A stretch of DNA of 64,000 bases from Lama guanicoe (Eukaryota): assembly GCA_013239625.1 (NCBI GenBank), contig MU056000.1, forward strand, positions 8,924,970-8,988,969. Reading direction: 5' to 3'. Below the pieces are notes generated by a model. The model did not search any database, was not told the origin of the DNA, and worked only from the letters and a program-made list of their open reading frames with translations. The translations under genes and the position numbers were made by a program. Shown here one piece after another: positions 49,781 to 62,280 of this stretch (its first letter is position 1; each line of letters opens with the position of its first letter).

Positions 49781-51039
49781 TTTACCTCCCACACTGAAGT
49801 CTTGTTGTTGACCCGGAGGCAGGAGTAGGCACAGGACTGACAGATTTCCATGCACAGGGATGAATTTTGGGTGAATGAAAGTCCCATAAGGCAAAATATA
49901 AACAAATACAAGACAAGAACTTGTGAAGACATTTTTCTTCCTTCTCCTCTCAGCAGGCCACACTGACCATCATTTATCAGGCTTCTTAGAAGGTCTCACA
50001 AGACTGAGCCATCAGTAGTGCTTAGTACCACGTGATGGCCACTTGCATGGTTCTCTGTCCTTGTCTGTCTCGTTTTCTCTTTCCTCTCTCTTTTGTCTGA
50101 GGTTGCACTCCCTAAAGTGTAGTAGATAGTAAGCATATGCCACAGGACTTGCTTTACCCAGGGTAAAATACTCTTGATAACTTCACAAACTATAATAAAT
50201 ATAAATTCAAGAGTCATTAACTGTCATCTTTTGGTCCCTATGTTTATTGCACACAACTTTCTCATGATGGCATCATAACTCTCTAGTGGGTCAAAATTGC
50301 CTCCATATTTTGTTCTGGGAGACCAAATGTATACAGATCTTTTAGAAAGTGGGTTATTCCATAAAGACACGTCCTGGAGGTAAGGGTGTTGGATCTTGGC
50401 AGAACTTCTAGGACCGTAATCAGCATTTCACAAAACCAGGTGTTCTCTGAGTGACAGGCTGTCTCTGCTTCCACCTTCATTGTACCTTCACGGAAGCTCT
50501 TTATTTTCTCTTTTGAGGACTAAGCTGTCACAATAGGGACACCTTCTCTTTGGTTCATGTGGTTCTACTTCCTAGAGTAAAAAAAAAAAATAACAACAAC
50601 AACAAACAAAACATAAGAAAACCCAATTTGCTATAACTTTATTCTAGTAAAAATTTTGTATCTAAAACCTTCTTTTCTAAGGTGGGTGTTTCTCATATAC
50701 TGGGTAGAATGAAAGGGACAATGTCATCAAGTAGTGTAGAGTTAGGAAAATTTTTTTGACATTGGTATATAGAAGAGGATAATAAAATGGGCATTAAATA
50801 TATAAATTTTTATTACAAATGAATACGTAATAATAGAATTGTTCTTTGGTAGGGGGTGGTGACACAGATGAGACAAATGTCGTAAGTCCCATCTCTCAGA
50901 ACACCTCTGATTTCAGCCACTGCTGTAATGGACACTTTCATACACAATTAGCCTCTGCTGGTGGCTTCCCATTTCATTCCCAAAGTATAAGTCTTAACAG
51001 TTTTCTACTCCAAAGCCCTTCCAAGATCTTTTCCAATAC

Positions 51040-51373
51040 GTACAAATGTGACTCTGGAATGCAGCAGAGCTGAGATACTCAGGATCATCCTTTGGTCATA
51101 AGGATAAGTGCTCCAGGATAAGTCCTCCCTGTCCTTCTGGAGGAAAGTTCTCAGAGAAATTTTGTACATTGCTTGGGGAGTGTCAACAGAATCAATCCCA
51201 TTTTCTATACCTGTGATCTGGACAAAGCACTCCCCTCACTGGCTTTTCCATCATCTTTATCTCTGTCTCCTTGCAATCTCCATCCTCCTTCTTGAAGTTA
51301 TCTCCCCAGTAAAAATACCTCCACTTCTCTCATGGCCTCAAGCTGTACTTTGGGGAGGAAGGTTCTAAGGATA
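51040..51373 (+). mobile_element. LTR16-family ERVL LTR
   Basis: The 3' end tctccccagtaaaaatacct...ctcaagctgtactttggggagg...ctaaggata resembles LTR16. There is an internal ggaaagttctcagag. Confidence 0.6.
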
Positions 51374-53819
51374 GAAGAGTTTTGATTGTACAGGAAAGCA
51401 TCACTTTTTAAATGATTATATTTACGGTGCAGGAAAGGGGAAGATCTGGTAGAAAGAGAGAAGCAACTGGAAGAAAACAAAATGTTTTACAAGGGAAGGG
51501 GACGGCAAGTAAACCACTAAAGACAGACCTGAATGTTTACATAGTCTACATAAGGACAATTCTATTTATAGAATCAAAGATTTTCATAGATATTTCAACC
51601 TGTTTTTCTAATTAAACATTAATTTTCATGACATAGATGATCAAACTTTCCATATGCTAAATAAAAGCCTTCTTTGGGGCGAATTTATATATTGTTTAGA
51701 CATTATGACATAAGTAGGCAACTTAAGAGCCACCCCTCATCCCCAAAGACTGGAAATAAGGAAAATAAAATTTTAATAAAAAGCAACTTGTATTGTTGAA
51801 AATCAGAAGTAATACTTTTTTTTCAAAATTATTTTAAGAGCTAATGACACCCAGAGAAGCAAGATTTTAATATAACCAGATGGAAGGCATTGTACACAAA
51901 GAACAGCAATTGATTTAAGTTCATGCAGTAAGGAAACTTAGAGAAAGAATCCCAGGGGCAAGAAAGCCAACTCTCAATTATTGTTTTAATCACATTGTAG
52001 GAACGGACACATCAGATAATTTTCTAATGTTTTTCATTTTGACTCCATTCCCAAAATATTGATACAGTTTTGGGATTTAACTGTGAGAGAGAAATGAGAG
52101 AAGAATAGATTTTCCCCCATGATTAACAGATGAATACTATTTTCTTACTATCTTGAAATATGATGAAAATTTTTAGTATCCACAAAATCAACACTATAAA
52201 TTTATCAGACGTAAGTGATGATTTCATTCACTGTGAAACAACGTAGAATTTTTTTGTCCATTTAGATATCAATGTGAGATATTTAGTATCAAAATATCAA
52301 AGAGCAACAATTGTTGTCTAAGAGAATTGCTTGAGTTTAAGAGAATCATAGTTTACGAAGATTATAGATTTAAGAACCTGGTTTTCCTTTAACTTTCAAT
52401 TTCAAGTTAAAAGTCAAGTAAGGTTCACGTAAAATAAAGTCAATCATGTTATGGGGAGCTTTGATTAATGTTTACATATGTACATTTCTTGTAAATACAT
52501 TAGTCCCACAATTAGAATTATTTTCCTTTAAGCATTTTACACTGTATTTATTAATTTGTTAAGCTTTATTTTATTTTAAACAATTGCTTTCTGATTCAGC
52601 AAAGTTGTATGTTTATCAAGAAAATATTCCTAGGTATTTAAACAACATATGTAAACCTAGTAAATTAAAGCTATAAATGTAGAACAAATAGTTTGCTAAG
52701 ACATTCAAACAACCTATGTATTAATTTTTTAAATCTTACATCTTTTGAACCAAAATCATAAACATGAAAGCAATTTCATATTTTTAGATTGAGATCTTAG
52801 GTCTGAACTACCAGGTTTTCTAATAAGTCGAAAGCTTTTAAGCATACCAGTACTTCTAATAACAGATTATTCCTAACTAGAAAAAATGGTTCATGTGATA
52901 TATTCGATCTACTTATTTATCTCTGTATCTCTAATTTTAAGCAACTTAGAAAATCATGTATCCCTTAGGAAAGCAGACTTTCCATATCAAGTAGTTGGAA
53001 TTACCCATTGAACTATTAGGACCATGTGATGGTTAAGGTCTCTAGTAGATGAAGGTTGCAATGAGGCCCTGGAGGTTGCATGTCTTCAGCTGACTCATGT
53101 CCTACTGCACATGAACATTCGGAAGGATTTTTGTCATTTTGACGGCACAAGGCGTCTCCACTGCGAAAGTTTTCACCACCACGTTGAAATTGATTTCAAA
53201 CATTCATTTTCCAGCTCAAGTTACTCCCATATGTAATGTGTTCATCCGATTAGAATAGATATAAATCTACACACACACTCTTGCAGTTAACTCCACAACT
53301 TATCTGGATTCTGCATCACATTAAAATTTAACGTATTTTCAATATTTAAAAATATTTTAATGGAATTCTCATGAATTCTAAAACCTCTAACTACTTCAAC
53401 TGACTGTCTGCTAGCAATTTAGATGTCAGGCAAATGAAATAGAAAATAGAAATAGAATTAGAAAATCAAATTATCTCTCTAGGTTCAATAATGCTGTACC
53501 AAGTCATCTCTCAATCATTTTAGACATGATATATCTATGCTCACTAAGCAAAATTAGAATAATAATTTGTATTCTCATGTAGCCTTCCAAAGGAAAAGAG
53601 TAGTAGTATCGTAATTGTCAAAAAGAAGTTTAAAAAGCCATTCTGCTTTATATCCCTCAGCCTATTGTGTCATGGGAAGAATCTCTGAAGATTTGAAACA
53701 AGTGAATTATATAATCATAGTTACACATCCAAAAAAATAAATAAATAAATGAAATCCTTGAATCTGTGTAGGGGTAAATGGATGATGTGACGGCCCTGCA
53801 AGCAGGGGATTCCTTAGGA

Positions 53820-54420
53820 GTCTCCTGCATGGATTGCAAACTTAAGTGGGTTTGGAAGAATGGGACTGACTTGGCAGATATTTAAGAGGCAGAATTGTCA
53901 GGAAGTGTTAATTTAATAGAAAGCATTTAAAAAGAGTGGTTATATAAAAAGCTGTGGGGATTTTGGCTTGATTTGATGATGATGTTGTCAAAGAATTGCC
54001 TTGATTTTGGGTTTCTTGTGATGCATATAATTTCCAGCTCTCAAAACTGTCTGGTGAAAGGAATTAGGGGAGAAGAAAGGAATGAAGGAAGGAAGGGAGG
54101 GAGGGAGGGAGGGAGGGTAGCAGAGAGAGGAATGAAAAGAAGTCAAACTCTATCTAGATAGATTGAGTTGAACATTCTGTAACCTACTCAGGAGGAGCCA
54201 TTGAAGAAATTGTAAGCTGTGTCTTTGGAGCTCAGAAACAAGTTCTCAACTAAAGAGGATAACTAGGGAATCACAAGCTATGGGTAAAGATGCAATTACC
54301 AGAGATAGTGTGTAGATTGTTAAGAGAATATGGAAAAGTGAAGACAAACATCTTAGGGGAAGGGATAAAAAGAATGACCTCCTTTTTAGAAACTGAACAA
54401 TTGAGTAGGCCAGGGATGGG
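53820..54420 (-). mobile_element. L2 fragment containing a (GGAA)/(GGGA)n repeat at 54078-54117
   Basis: agatatttaagaggcagaattgtcagga...ttgagttgaacattc...tggagctcagaaac...aagacaaacatcttagggga. Confidence 0.6.
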
Positions 54421-55043
54421 AGCAGTGTGAGGTGGGTTACCTATCATAGATGATTTGGTAGAAACAGAGAGAAACACTCAATATCACTAAAACTCTGTTG
54501 CACCAATGGACTTCCTTTCTCATCCCACAAGAAGACTATTGAATGAATGACTTCTTTCAAAATATCTGCAATCTGTCTATCTGCATCACTGATTAATGCT
54601 GCTGCTGCACCATATTTCACACACACACACAAAAGGCAGCATTCATTCCTCTCATTAGAAAATCTGCACTTCATTCTGTATTTGCTCCCTTTTCTGCCTC
54701 CTTTTATAATGAAAGAACCAATGGCATCTACCCTTGATGTCTATCAAGCCCTTATTGTCCAAAGGTTTTATCTTCTTGTAGTGCTATCTGTTCTAGATCA
54801 TCATTCATTGTCTTTTTGCTGGTTGGATATAAACCCCATCACAATTTTTTACAATGCTAACATATGACTTATCTTAATAGGATTTATTTTTAGGTGCTGA
54901 ATAATCTAGACTTAGTTTAGAAAATGGTGTGTTTTTCTTATAAGAGTTCTGAAGATGAATTGTTGCCATGATTCCATGGTTACACAATGCCTAGGACATT
55001 TCCCCTGAAATTCTTTTGAAAACTGAATTCTTGCATTCTCTGG

Positions 55044-55487
55044 GATCAAGTGCAAGAAAAATGCATAAAGTAAGAGCTGTGAGTCAAGTTTTATTCAGTC
55101 TTACTGAGGACTATAGCCTGGGAAACAGCCTCTTGAGTAGATCTGAGAAATTGTTGTAAAGAGGTAGGGGAAGAGTCAGTATATATATATGAATTTTGGG
55201 GGGTAAGCAAAGATGTAGTTAAGCATACATCTTGATAAAAGGTTACTGCTAATCACAAAGAGCATATATCTTAAGTTAATGATTTTAATGCTTTGCTATT
55301 TATGGAAAGATGCAAAAATCTGGGCTCATTGTAGTTCTTCCTGAGGAATGCATCTTGACTATCTAGGGGGCCTATTATCCAAAGCACAGACTGTCTCATT
55401 TTGTCTTTTTTCCATCCTGAATTTCCCTCAGAGTGCACTGTCAATGGGTGAGTGTAGTGGGCTGTGACTTAACCCTTTTTATAAGAG
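55044..55487 (-). mobile_element. Cetartiodactyl MER41-like ERV1 LTR
   Basis: gagtcaagttttatt...actgaggactatagcctgggaaacagcctc...aaggttactgctaatcacaa...gttaatgattttaatgc...atcctgaatttccctcag. It is homologous to 57520-57948. Confidence 0.82.
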
Positions 55488-55489
55488 GA

Positions 55490-55855
55490 TGTTACTAAAC
55501 TGAACTTGGATCTGTTCACCTGATGCACGGTAAAGCCAATCTACCAACACTGGATTGTGGGGAATGAAAGTACATAATTTATTGCAGGGTGAGAAGCAAG
55601 GGAGTGGGAGACAAGCCTAAAATCCACTCCAACTTGGTCTTTGGGTTAAGGTTTTTTTGTTTGTTTTTGTTTTTGTTTTTGTTTTTGTTTTAAGGGGAAG
55701 AACAAAAAGGTTGGGATTATTCATCATTTTATGACATTTCTTAGTTGTAGTTTCAGGAGTCAGGATGCCTCTGGTTTATGATTCTCTGGCCAGGAGGTCC
55801 ATGACCCCTTGGGAGTTTGTCTGTTCATGTTACTCTGGAGGAACAATCTGAGTTT
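55490..55855 (-). mobile_element. ERV1-type LTR (partial), abutting or nested in the MER41-like LTR
   Basis: Starts tgttac. It shares tttattgcagggt...agcaagg with the reverse complement of the LTR at 2611-3143. Confidence 0.72.
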
Positions 55856-57298
55856 GGATGGAGAGATTGAACCATAAACTCACAAACTTCAGAAGGCAAC
55901 TCAGTTTTGGGAAGATAAGCTATTTCTCTCTCTCTCTCTCTCTTTTTTTTAAACAATTTCATTACTAACTATAGCTTTTGGAATCTCAAGTATCCATAGA
56001 TAGGAGCATTTCATAAACAAGTTGTTAAGGGCAAGCAAAGCTCTTACCCTACAGATTATATATTCATAGATACTCCTTATGGTCTACAACTGTATTCACT
56101 TTGTATAGGAAAAAGAAAAGCTATTGTAAATATATAAAGGCGTCAATACAGGGAAATACAAAAGCCACTACCTTATAATTTTATACTTTTATTATTTTGT
56201 ATGTTGATTTAGAAAAATAAAACAGAACATTTTCATTTAAACATGTGAGCATCATTTAGGTGATATGACCATTGAGGAAGGGACCCAAGAATTATTTAAA
56301 TATCTATTTTTTCAAGAAAACACATTTTTTTGTTGCTTGATTATTTTGGCTATAAAATTTCATTATGTGACTCTCAGAGTTACAATGTTAGATTTTATGT
56401 ATTCCTTAGAGACTAGCATTGAATTTCCAGGTTATTTAATGGGTCACTTATATTTAAATTTCCATATTAAATAATTCCAATAGTGAATGAAAAAAAAAGT
56501 GATATGAAACTTTCTTTTAATAGAGATTTGTCCCCAGTTAATGACAGTGCTTATTTGGAGCTAAATTCACCATTTAGTTATGCAGTTTGATCCACATGAA
56601 ACATTGTTAATTCTGAGAATTAAAGGCTTGAACTTCAACACAATCTAGCACTGCAATCCACCAGAAAAGGAAATTATTTATCATGAGCTTTGTGTTTTGG
56701 ATATATTCCTATGCTCGTTTTAAAGATATTAAGTCAAATTTGAACAAAATGAAACCCAAGGTTGTTTTCAGTACAATGTAGTATTGGTATCATCATCATC
56801 GTTTGAACTTCTGCTTCTGGTCTTTACTATGGATATTATACACGTGTCTTTTTTTTTTTTTTGGTTGTTTTTTGTCTCTTATTTGATTTAGTTTGGGTTG
56901 GGTATATGTAGCATGTAAACAGCACCAACACATAAAAACCATGTAGGACATTTGCTTTGTGTATTTGGGGAGAGGGATGTGCACACTGGGCAGTTAACTT
57001 ACAAAAAGAACACAAACTAAAGAAAAATTTCCCAAAGTCCTCCAGTATCTCAACCCAGCATTGAAGTGTCTCTGATATACCTTCTCAGTATTTCTAGATG
57101 AATCTTCTTTCATTCTTTAAATGAACCTATTATTACTTGTACAAATTTCCTTTTTACTGAGTTAATGCTGAATTCTTTTCTTTGCAACCAAAAGAGCCCT
57201 GACAAATGCAAATAGGTTGATAAATATTTTGTCAGGTCTTTTTGCCTGTTTCAGCCTATTGATAACCAACATTGTGACTAGATAAGCTCTTGTAGTCA

Positions 57299-57397
57299 TT
57301 TTATTTTTTTCCTTTTTTGTGAAGGTACTGGGGATTGAACCCAGGACCTCCTGCATGCTAAGCATGTGTACTACTGCTTAACCATACCCACTCCTCC
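57299..57397 (-). mobile_element. tRNA-Ala-derived vic-1-type SINE with A-tail
   Basis: T-rich tail at 57299-57318, then ggtactggggattgaacccaggacctcctgcatgctaagcatgtg. The A-box is degraded. Confidence 0.88.
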
Positions 57398-57413
57398 TCC
57401 AACTTGTATTTCT

Positions 57414-58350
57414 TGTTATGATTGCAGGGAAACGGTGAAAGAGACAAAACTTATTGCTTACACGTCCTGAAAATTACATGGTTCCCCTGGGGCCACAGAG
57501 TGAGGTCACAGGTAGAGAGTGTCAACTGAAAGAGAAACATGCAATGTAGAAGTCATGAGTTAAGTTTTATTCAGGGACCTGACTGAGGGCTATAGCCCAC
57601 GAGACAGCATCTCAGATTGCTAAGAAACTGCTTCTAAGGGTTGAAGAGGAGCTAGGATATATACAATTTTTTTCTGGAAAAAAGCATGTAATCAAGCATT
57701 AAAAGATTACTGCTAATCAATCACAAAGAAGAGACATTCCATGTTAATGATGTTTGTGTTTTTCATTGAGTGGAAGATGAAAGAATTTGGGTTCATTGAA
57801 ATTTGTCCTCAGATAGGTATCTTAACTATCTAGGGGATAGTATATCCCAAACACAGAACATGTGCTGTTTTTCCCTATCCTGAACTCCTCAGGTGCACTG
57901 TCCGTGGGTGATGCAGTGGCTGATGGCAGGCAGTGTTTTTTCTTTATAAGAGTTTGAGAGATTTAAAAGTGGACTTGAGGCTCTCTTTCACTTTTATTGA
58001 GGTTTAGGGTGGAGATGTCTAAGGTTTCACAAGCTCATTCTTCATTGGTGAATTTAAAACACGAGTGGGAATTTAAAGCATGGGAAGAGTAAAATAAATA
58101 AATAAATAAATAAAAAACAAACCAAGGGGCCCAAATTGTCAGTTACCCATATCAGCCAAGATCTCCAAACAAAAGAACTTGGTTGGGGTAGGGATTGGGG
58201 GATGGGCGTGGGTTCTGGTGGCTGAGGTGGCCTGACTTTTTATCTAGTCCAGTGACTGGAAATATATCTATCTTGATAGCCATCTTCAAAGTGGATTCTT
58301 CTTTGAAGCAGATACCTCCACAATCAAAGCTTAAATTGGGCACTTGGATT
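57414..58350 (-). mobile_element. MER73/MER74/MER88-like ERVL LTR, split by the MER41-like LTR
   Basis: gagacaaaacttattgcttacacgtcctga...ggggccaca | ...tttattgaggtttagggtgg...gatagccatcttcaaagtggat...aatcaaagcttaa...gcacttg. Confidence 0.6.
57520..57948 (-). mobile_element. Cetartiodactyl MER41-like ERV1 solo LTR with a 4-bp TSD
   Basis: Termini tgtcaactgaa...ctttata. TSD agag at 57516-57519 and 57949-57952. Confidence 0.88.
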
Positions 58351-60444
58351 CCAAAAAAGGAAAACCAACTTACACTTACATCAGGGTATTTTTTAAAAGT
58401 TCATATAAACAAATTACATGTAAATAAGGGGCTTCATAAAGAAACTGATAAAAGCAGCCATTTAGAAAATCGTGACTATAAAGTAAAACAATAAAACGGG
58501 GTGTGTGAAATATATTTTGATTTTCATCGTATCAGAAAAACATGATAATGAAGTATCTCTGAAGGTGCTTATGATGTAAGCTAATCAAAGTCTGATAATT
58601 CAAGTTGAAACATAGACCAAGGGGAAAAGACCAAGGTTTTTAGACCCTGTAGTGTCAAAGTAAATTGTGATCTCAGAACATGACACAAAATACTGAAATA
58701 ATACTATTTTAGGGCTATCCCTGTCAATGTAATCTAACTTGCTTACTTTACAAATAGTGAAATTCACATTCCATAATATATGACTATTCCTATTATTACA
58801 ATTGTTTTAGGCAAACCAATATTTAGTGTCAAATATTGAACTTTAATAATGTAAATTCTTTTGAGGAAAACTCAATTAGTCTTGTCACTGATTCAACGCC
58901 ACCAAATCTCACTCTGATAATAAATTCAGGATGTGGGGTGAATGCACATATGGCAAAGGGATGTCTAACAAAGACATTTCCAAATGAATGTTAAATTATT
59001 TAAAACTGAAGGTCACATAAACCTTATGTTTTGTCAAGTCATTCCAGCTACAAGTATTAAGAAAAAAATTATTCAGTAACTAGTTAATATGCAATAACAT
59101 ACATCTGTAGTATCTACAGGGTCACCTTTTAAATTGGAAATGAAAAATACACATAGGTCCTAATTTCATTTCTTTGGCGTTGTTTTGTCAGAATACAGAA
59201 GAGAGAGTTCTTAAATATTAATGATAGTTTCTCCTCAAAACTATTTTGACATGACCATAATACTCTAACATTCGTTTAGATAGTAGAAATATTTCAATTA
59301 TTCATGTATCTGCTATATCCAGATGAAAGTAAAGGGCACACTAATACTTTTAATAATTTCAACTAGAAGTATGTTTCTTGTAATTGAAGATTTATATAAA
59401 AATATTTAACAGGAAGCTGATGCTTTTATGATATTTAAGTACACAATTTCTATGTAAACTTCTTTCTAGTCTATATTTGAATGTCTTATTTAATGATGAA
59501 TTTAAAGTAGATTGCAGAAATTTCTTAGACGATCAACAGACACGTGTCTTAGTCAACACATAAAGCAAAACTTCACTATGAGCTGGTTTTACTTCGAGTG
59601 AATATTTGTTATTAAGATACTATTTGAAAATCTCAAAGGCCGTGGAGTATTTCAATAATGTGTTAGATGACACAATAGATAATTATCTCAATCAAGAGTA
59701 CTACTTCTCAATATTGCTAAAACTTTCAACACATTTTCATTCATTAAGAAGTGGATGGTTGAATTATACATGAAAAATGAGAAGAACAGGTATGTCTTCC
59801 CTGATTTAAAGAGATCTAATTTGAAAGATTAAGTAAACTACACATCTTTTCATTTAATAACTGTAATTAAGGCTTATTGTCGCATAAGGCACTGATGATG
59901 GTCCTTTATGCAGAATCAGCTTGGTACTCATTTGTGGCTAAAACAGATTGCCTCATTGTTGTCGCTTTTCCCTCTGGTTTCAATTCCTGGTCCTCGCAGT
60001 GAGCTACCAAGACGTAGGATAAGCTACTTAACCATCTTCCCTTCTTTGAAATGGGGTCCTCTGCCTATTACAGTATTATATGTTAATATATGAACAAACA
60101 TGTATTGGTAATATTAATATTCTCATTACATAAAAATACAGACTATGATGTCTCTTCTATTTTCATAGTCAAAGATTTATATTTTGTTTTTCAGTTTAAT
60201 TTTATTTCTATTATTTCTTTTCTATTTGGCTTACTCTTGATTTATCTGTCCTTTTAGTAAAGATAGCAACTCCTGCCTTAGTATGCCTTTCAGTTTCTTT
60301 TAAGCTATTTTAAAGTACACCACATGTGAGTAGATCAGAACACACATAAGATACCATGAATGTTGTTTCAATTTTACTCTTATTAAGAGATGGCTAATCT
60401 TTATGTTGCTGTAAGATTGTTAAAATGGCAACACCCCCTAAATC

Positions 60445-61075
60445 AGTCTACATGTGGCTGTCCAGTTTTCCCAATACCAATTGCTGAAGAGACTGTCTTT
60501 TCTTCTTTGTAAATTCTTGCCTCCTTTATCAAAGATTAATTGACTGTAGGTGTGTGGATTTATTTCTGGGTTCTCTATTCTGTTCCATTGAGTTCTATGT
60601 CTGTTTTTTGCCAATACCACACTGTTTTGATTATTGTAGCTTTGTAGTACTGTCTAAAGTCTGGAAAGGTTATGCCTCCAGCTTTGTTCTTTTTCCCTCA
60701 GTATTGCTTTCACAATTCTGGGTCTTTTGTGGTTCCATATAAAATTTAGGATTATTTGTTCTAGTTCTGTTAAAAATGTCATGGATCCTTTAACAGGGGT
60801 TACATTAGATCTGTAGGTTGCTTTGGGTAGTCTGGTCATTTTAACAACAGTTATTCTTGCAATCTAAGAGCATGGGATATCCTTCCATTTCCTTGAATCA
60901 TCCACGATTTCCTTGATCAATCTTTTATAGTTCTCAGTGTACAAATCTTTTACCTTTTTGGTTAGATTTATTCCTAGGTATATATTCTTGATGTGCTTTT
61001 AAAGGGGATTATTTTTTTACATTCCCTTTCTGGTATTTCACTGTTAGTGTAAAGAAATACAACAGATTTTTTATC
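60445..61075 (-). mobile_element. Internal L1 ORF2 fragment
   Basis: ORF-track translations [26 protein letters not shown]...KDSLF..W.WENW and LPKA.YR.N..P.K....[22 protein letters not shown] are L1 ORF2. Confidence 0.93.
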
Positions 61076-61454
61076 TTAAGTCATTGTTAAGACATATTTT
61101 TAAATTGTCACATAGCCTTTTACAGAGGAATAGAAAGCACTTCTAAATTCTCAGTTTTAAACATTGGCTGTGTATTTTATTTTCTACAAACTCATAAGAA
61201 AGCCTGTCAAATAGTGTTGAAAATTTCTAAAAGAGTAAGTGATGAAAAATCAAAATAAAGCTTCTTAAACAAGAAAAAAGATAGACAACATAGGGTTGTC
61301 ATTTCTAATTGCTCCTCCTCTCCAAGTTTGGTGCTAGAAAATACATTTCCAGGAGCTCTCTTTATTATGTCCATGTTCTTATTTAAATAAAATGTTAGAG
61401 AATAAGAAATAAATTTATTATCTTTTTTTATTTTCATGATTCAGAAATCACTTC

Positions 61455-61690
61455 ATAATAGTGTAGTGATTTAGAGCACTAATTATGCAGCCAAACTTCT
61501 GGGTTCAAAATTGAGCTTTACTCTGTGTGACTTTGGGTGAGTCACCTAACCTCTCTGAATCATGGTTTCCTTATCTTTAGTAATAGTGCCTATCCCATAA
61601 CGTTGTTGAGAAGTTTAATGATTTAATGTATGAAAGGGCTTGGAAGATTGCATGACTGATGTAAATATTCTGTCTGTTAGCTATAATCTT
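61455..61690 (+). mobile_element. MIR
   Basis: atagtgtagtgatttagagcac...ctgggttcaaaa...tgtgtgactttgggtgagtcacctaacctctctgaatcatggtttcctt. Confidence 0.9.
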
Positions 61691-62179
61691 ATTATATCAT
61701 CATCGTAATAAAACTTTCAAATCTGTGACAGTGGCAAACCTTTTGAGAATGTTTACTTTGGTTTGGGTTTAAGAAGGAGAACTGATGACTGATTTTTTTC
61801 TACTAACGTTGAAATTTTTCTAGTGTTAAGTAGAGAATGAATTATATGGAAAAATATATTTCTTAAGCAAAATGTCATATTAATTCACAGATTTATTTGG
61901 CATTTACTTTTCTTACTAGGAATTATATCATGATGTTATTTTAATTTCACTGATGTATGCAGTAAACATACTATATTTAGTACTTATTCCTGATCATCGG
62001 TCATGTAGGTGTTTCAAATTTTACAATATTATAAATAGTGTTACAATAACCAACCAACCATTTATATTTGGACATTGATAAAAATTTCCTAGTATTTTCT
62101 TTCTAAAAACTCTTAGACAGACAATTGTATTTTATAATCCATAAGACTTGTCAAGTCACCTTCTACAGACCATGTATCA

Positions 62180-62280
62180 TATCTTTTCTTTCTTCTTTCC
62201 CTTTCTTCTTCTCCTCCTTCTCTTCCCCCTCTTTCTTTTCCTTTCTCTCCCTCCCCTTTAGGTTTCCTTCTCTCTTTCAA
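62180..62280. repeat. CT-rich low-complexity tract
   Basis: About 100 bp of near-pure pyrimidine sequence. Confidence 0.9.

Noticed and set aside
53040..53200. Cys-containing minus-strand frame (…SECSCAVGHES…) faintly like an EGF/Eph motif
   Set aside because: There is a stop immediately upstream, no good splice sites and unconvincing cysteine spacing.
53802..53828. Small hairpin gcaggggattcc-tta-ggagtctcctgc
   Set aside because: It is too short for a pre-miRNA, needs two G-U pairs and has no supporting context.
55044..57948. The two MER41-like LTRs as 5' and 3' LTRs of one provirus
   Set aside because: The second LTR has its own TSD and sits inside another LTR. The copies are clearly diverged and the intervening DNA shows no gag/pol/env.
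60438..60839. ORFs with real protein similarity
   Set aside because: They are frameshifted L1 ORF2 remnants, not host genes.
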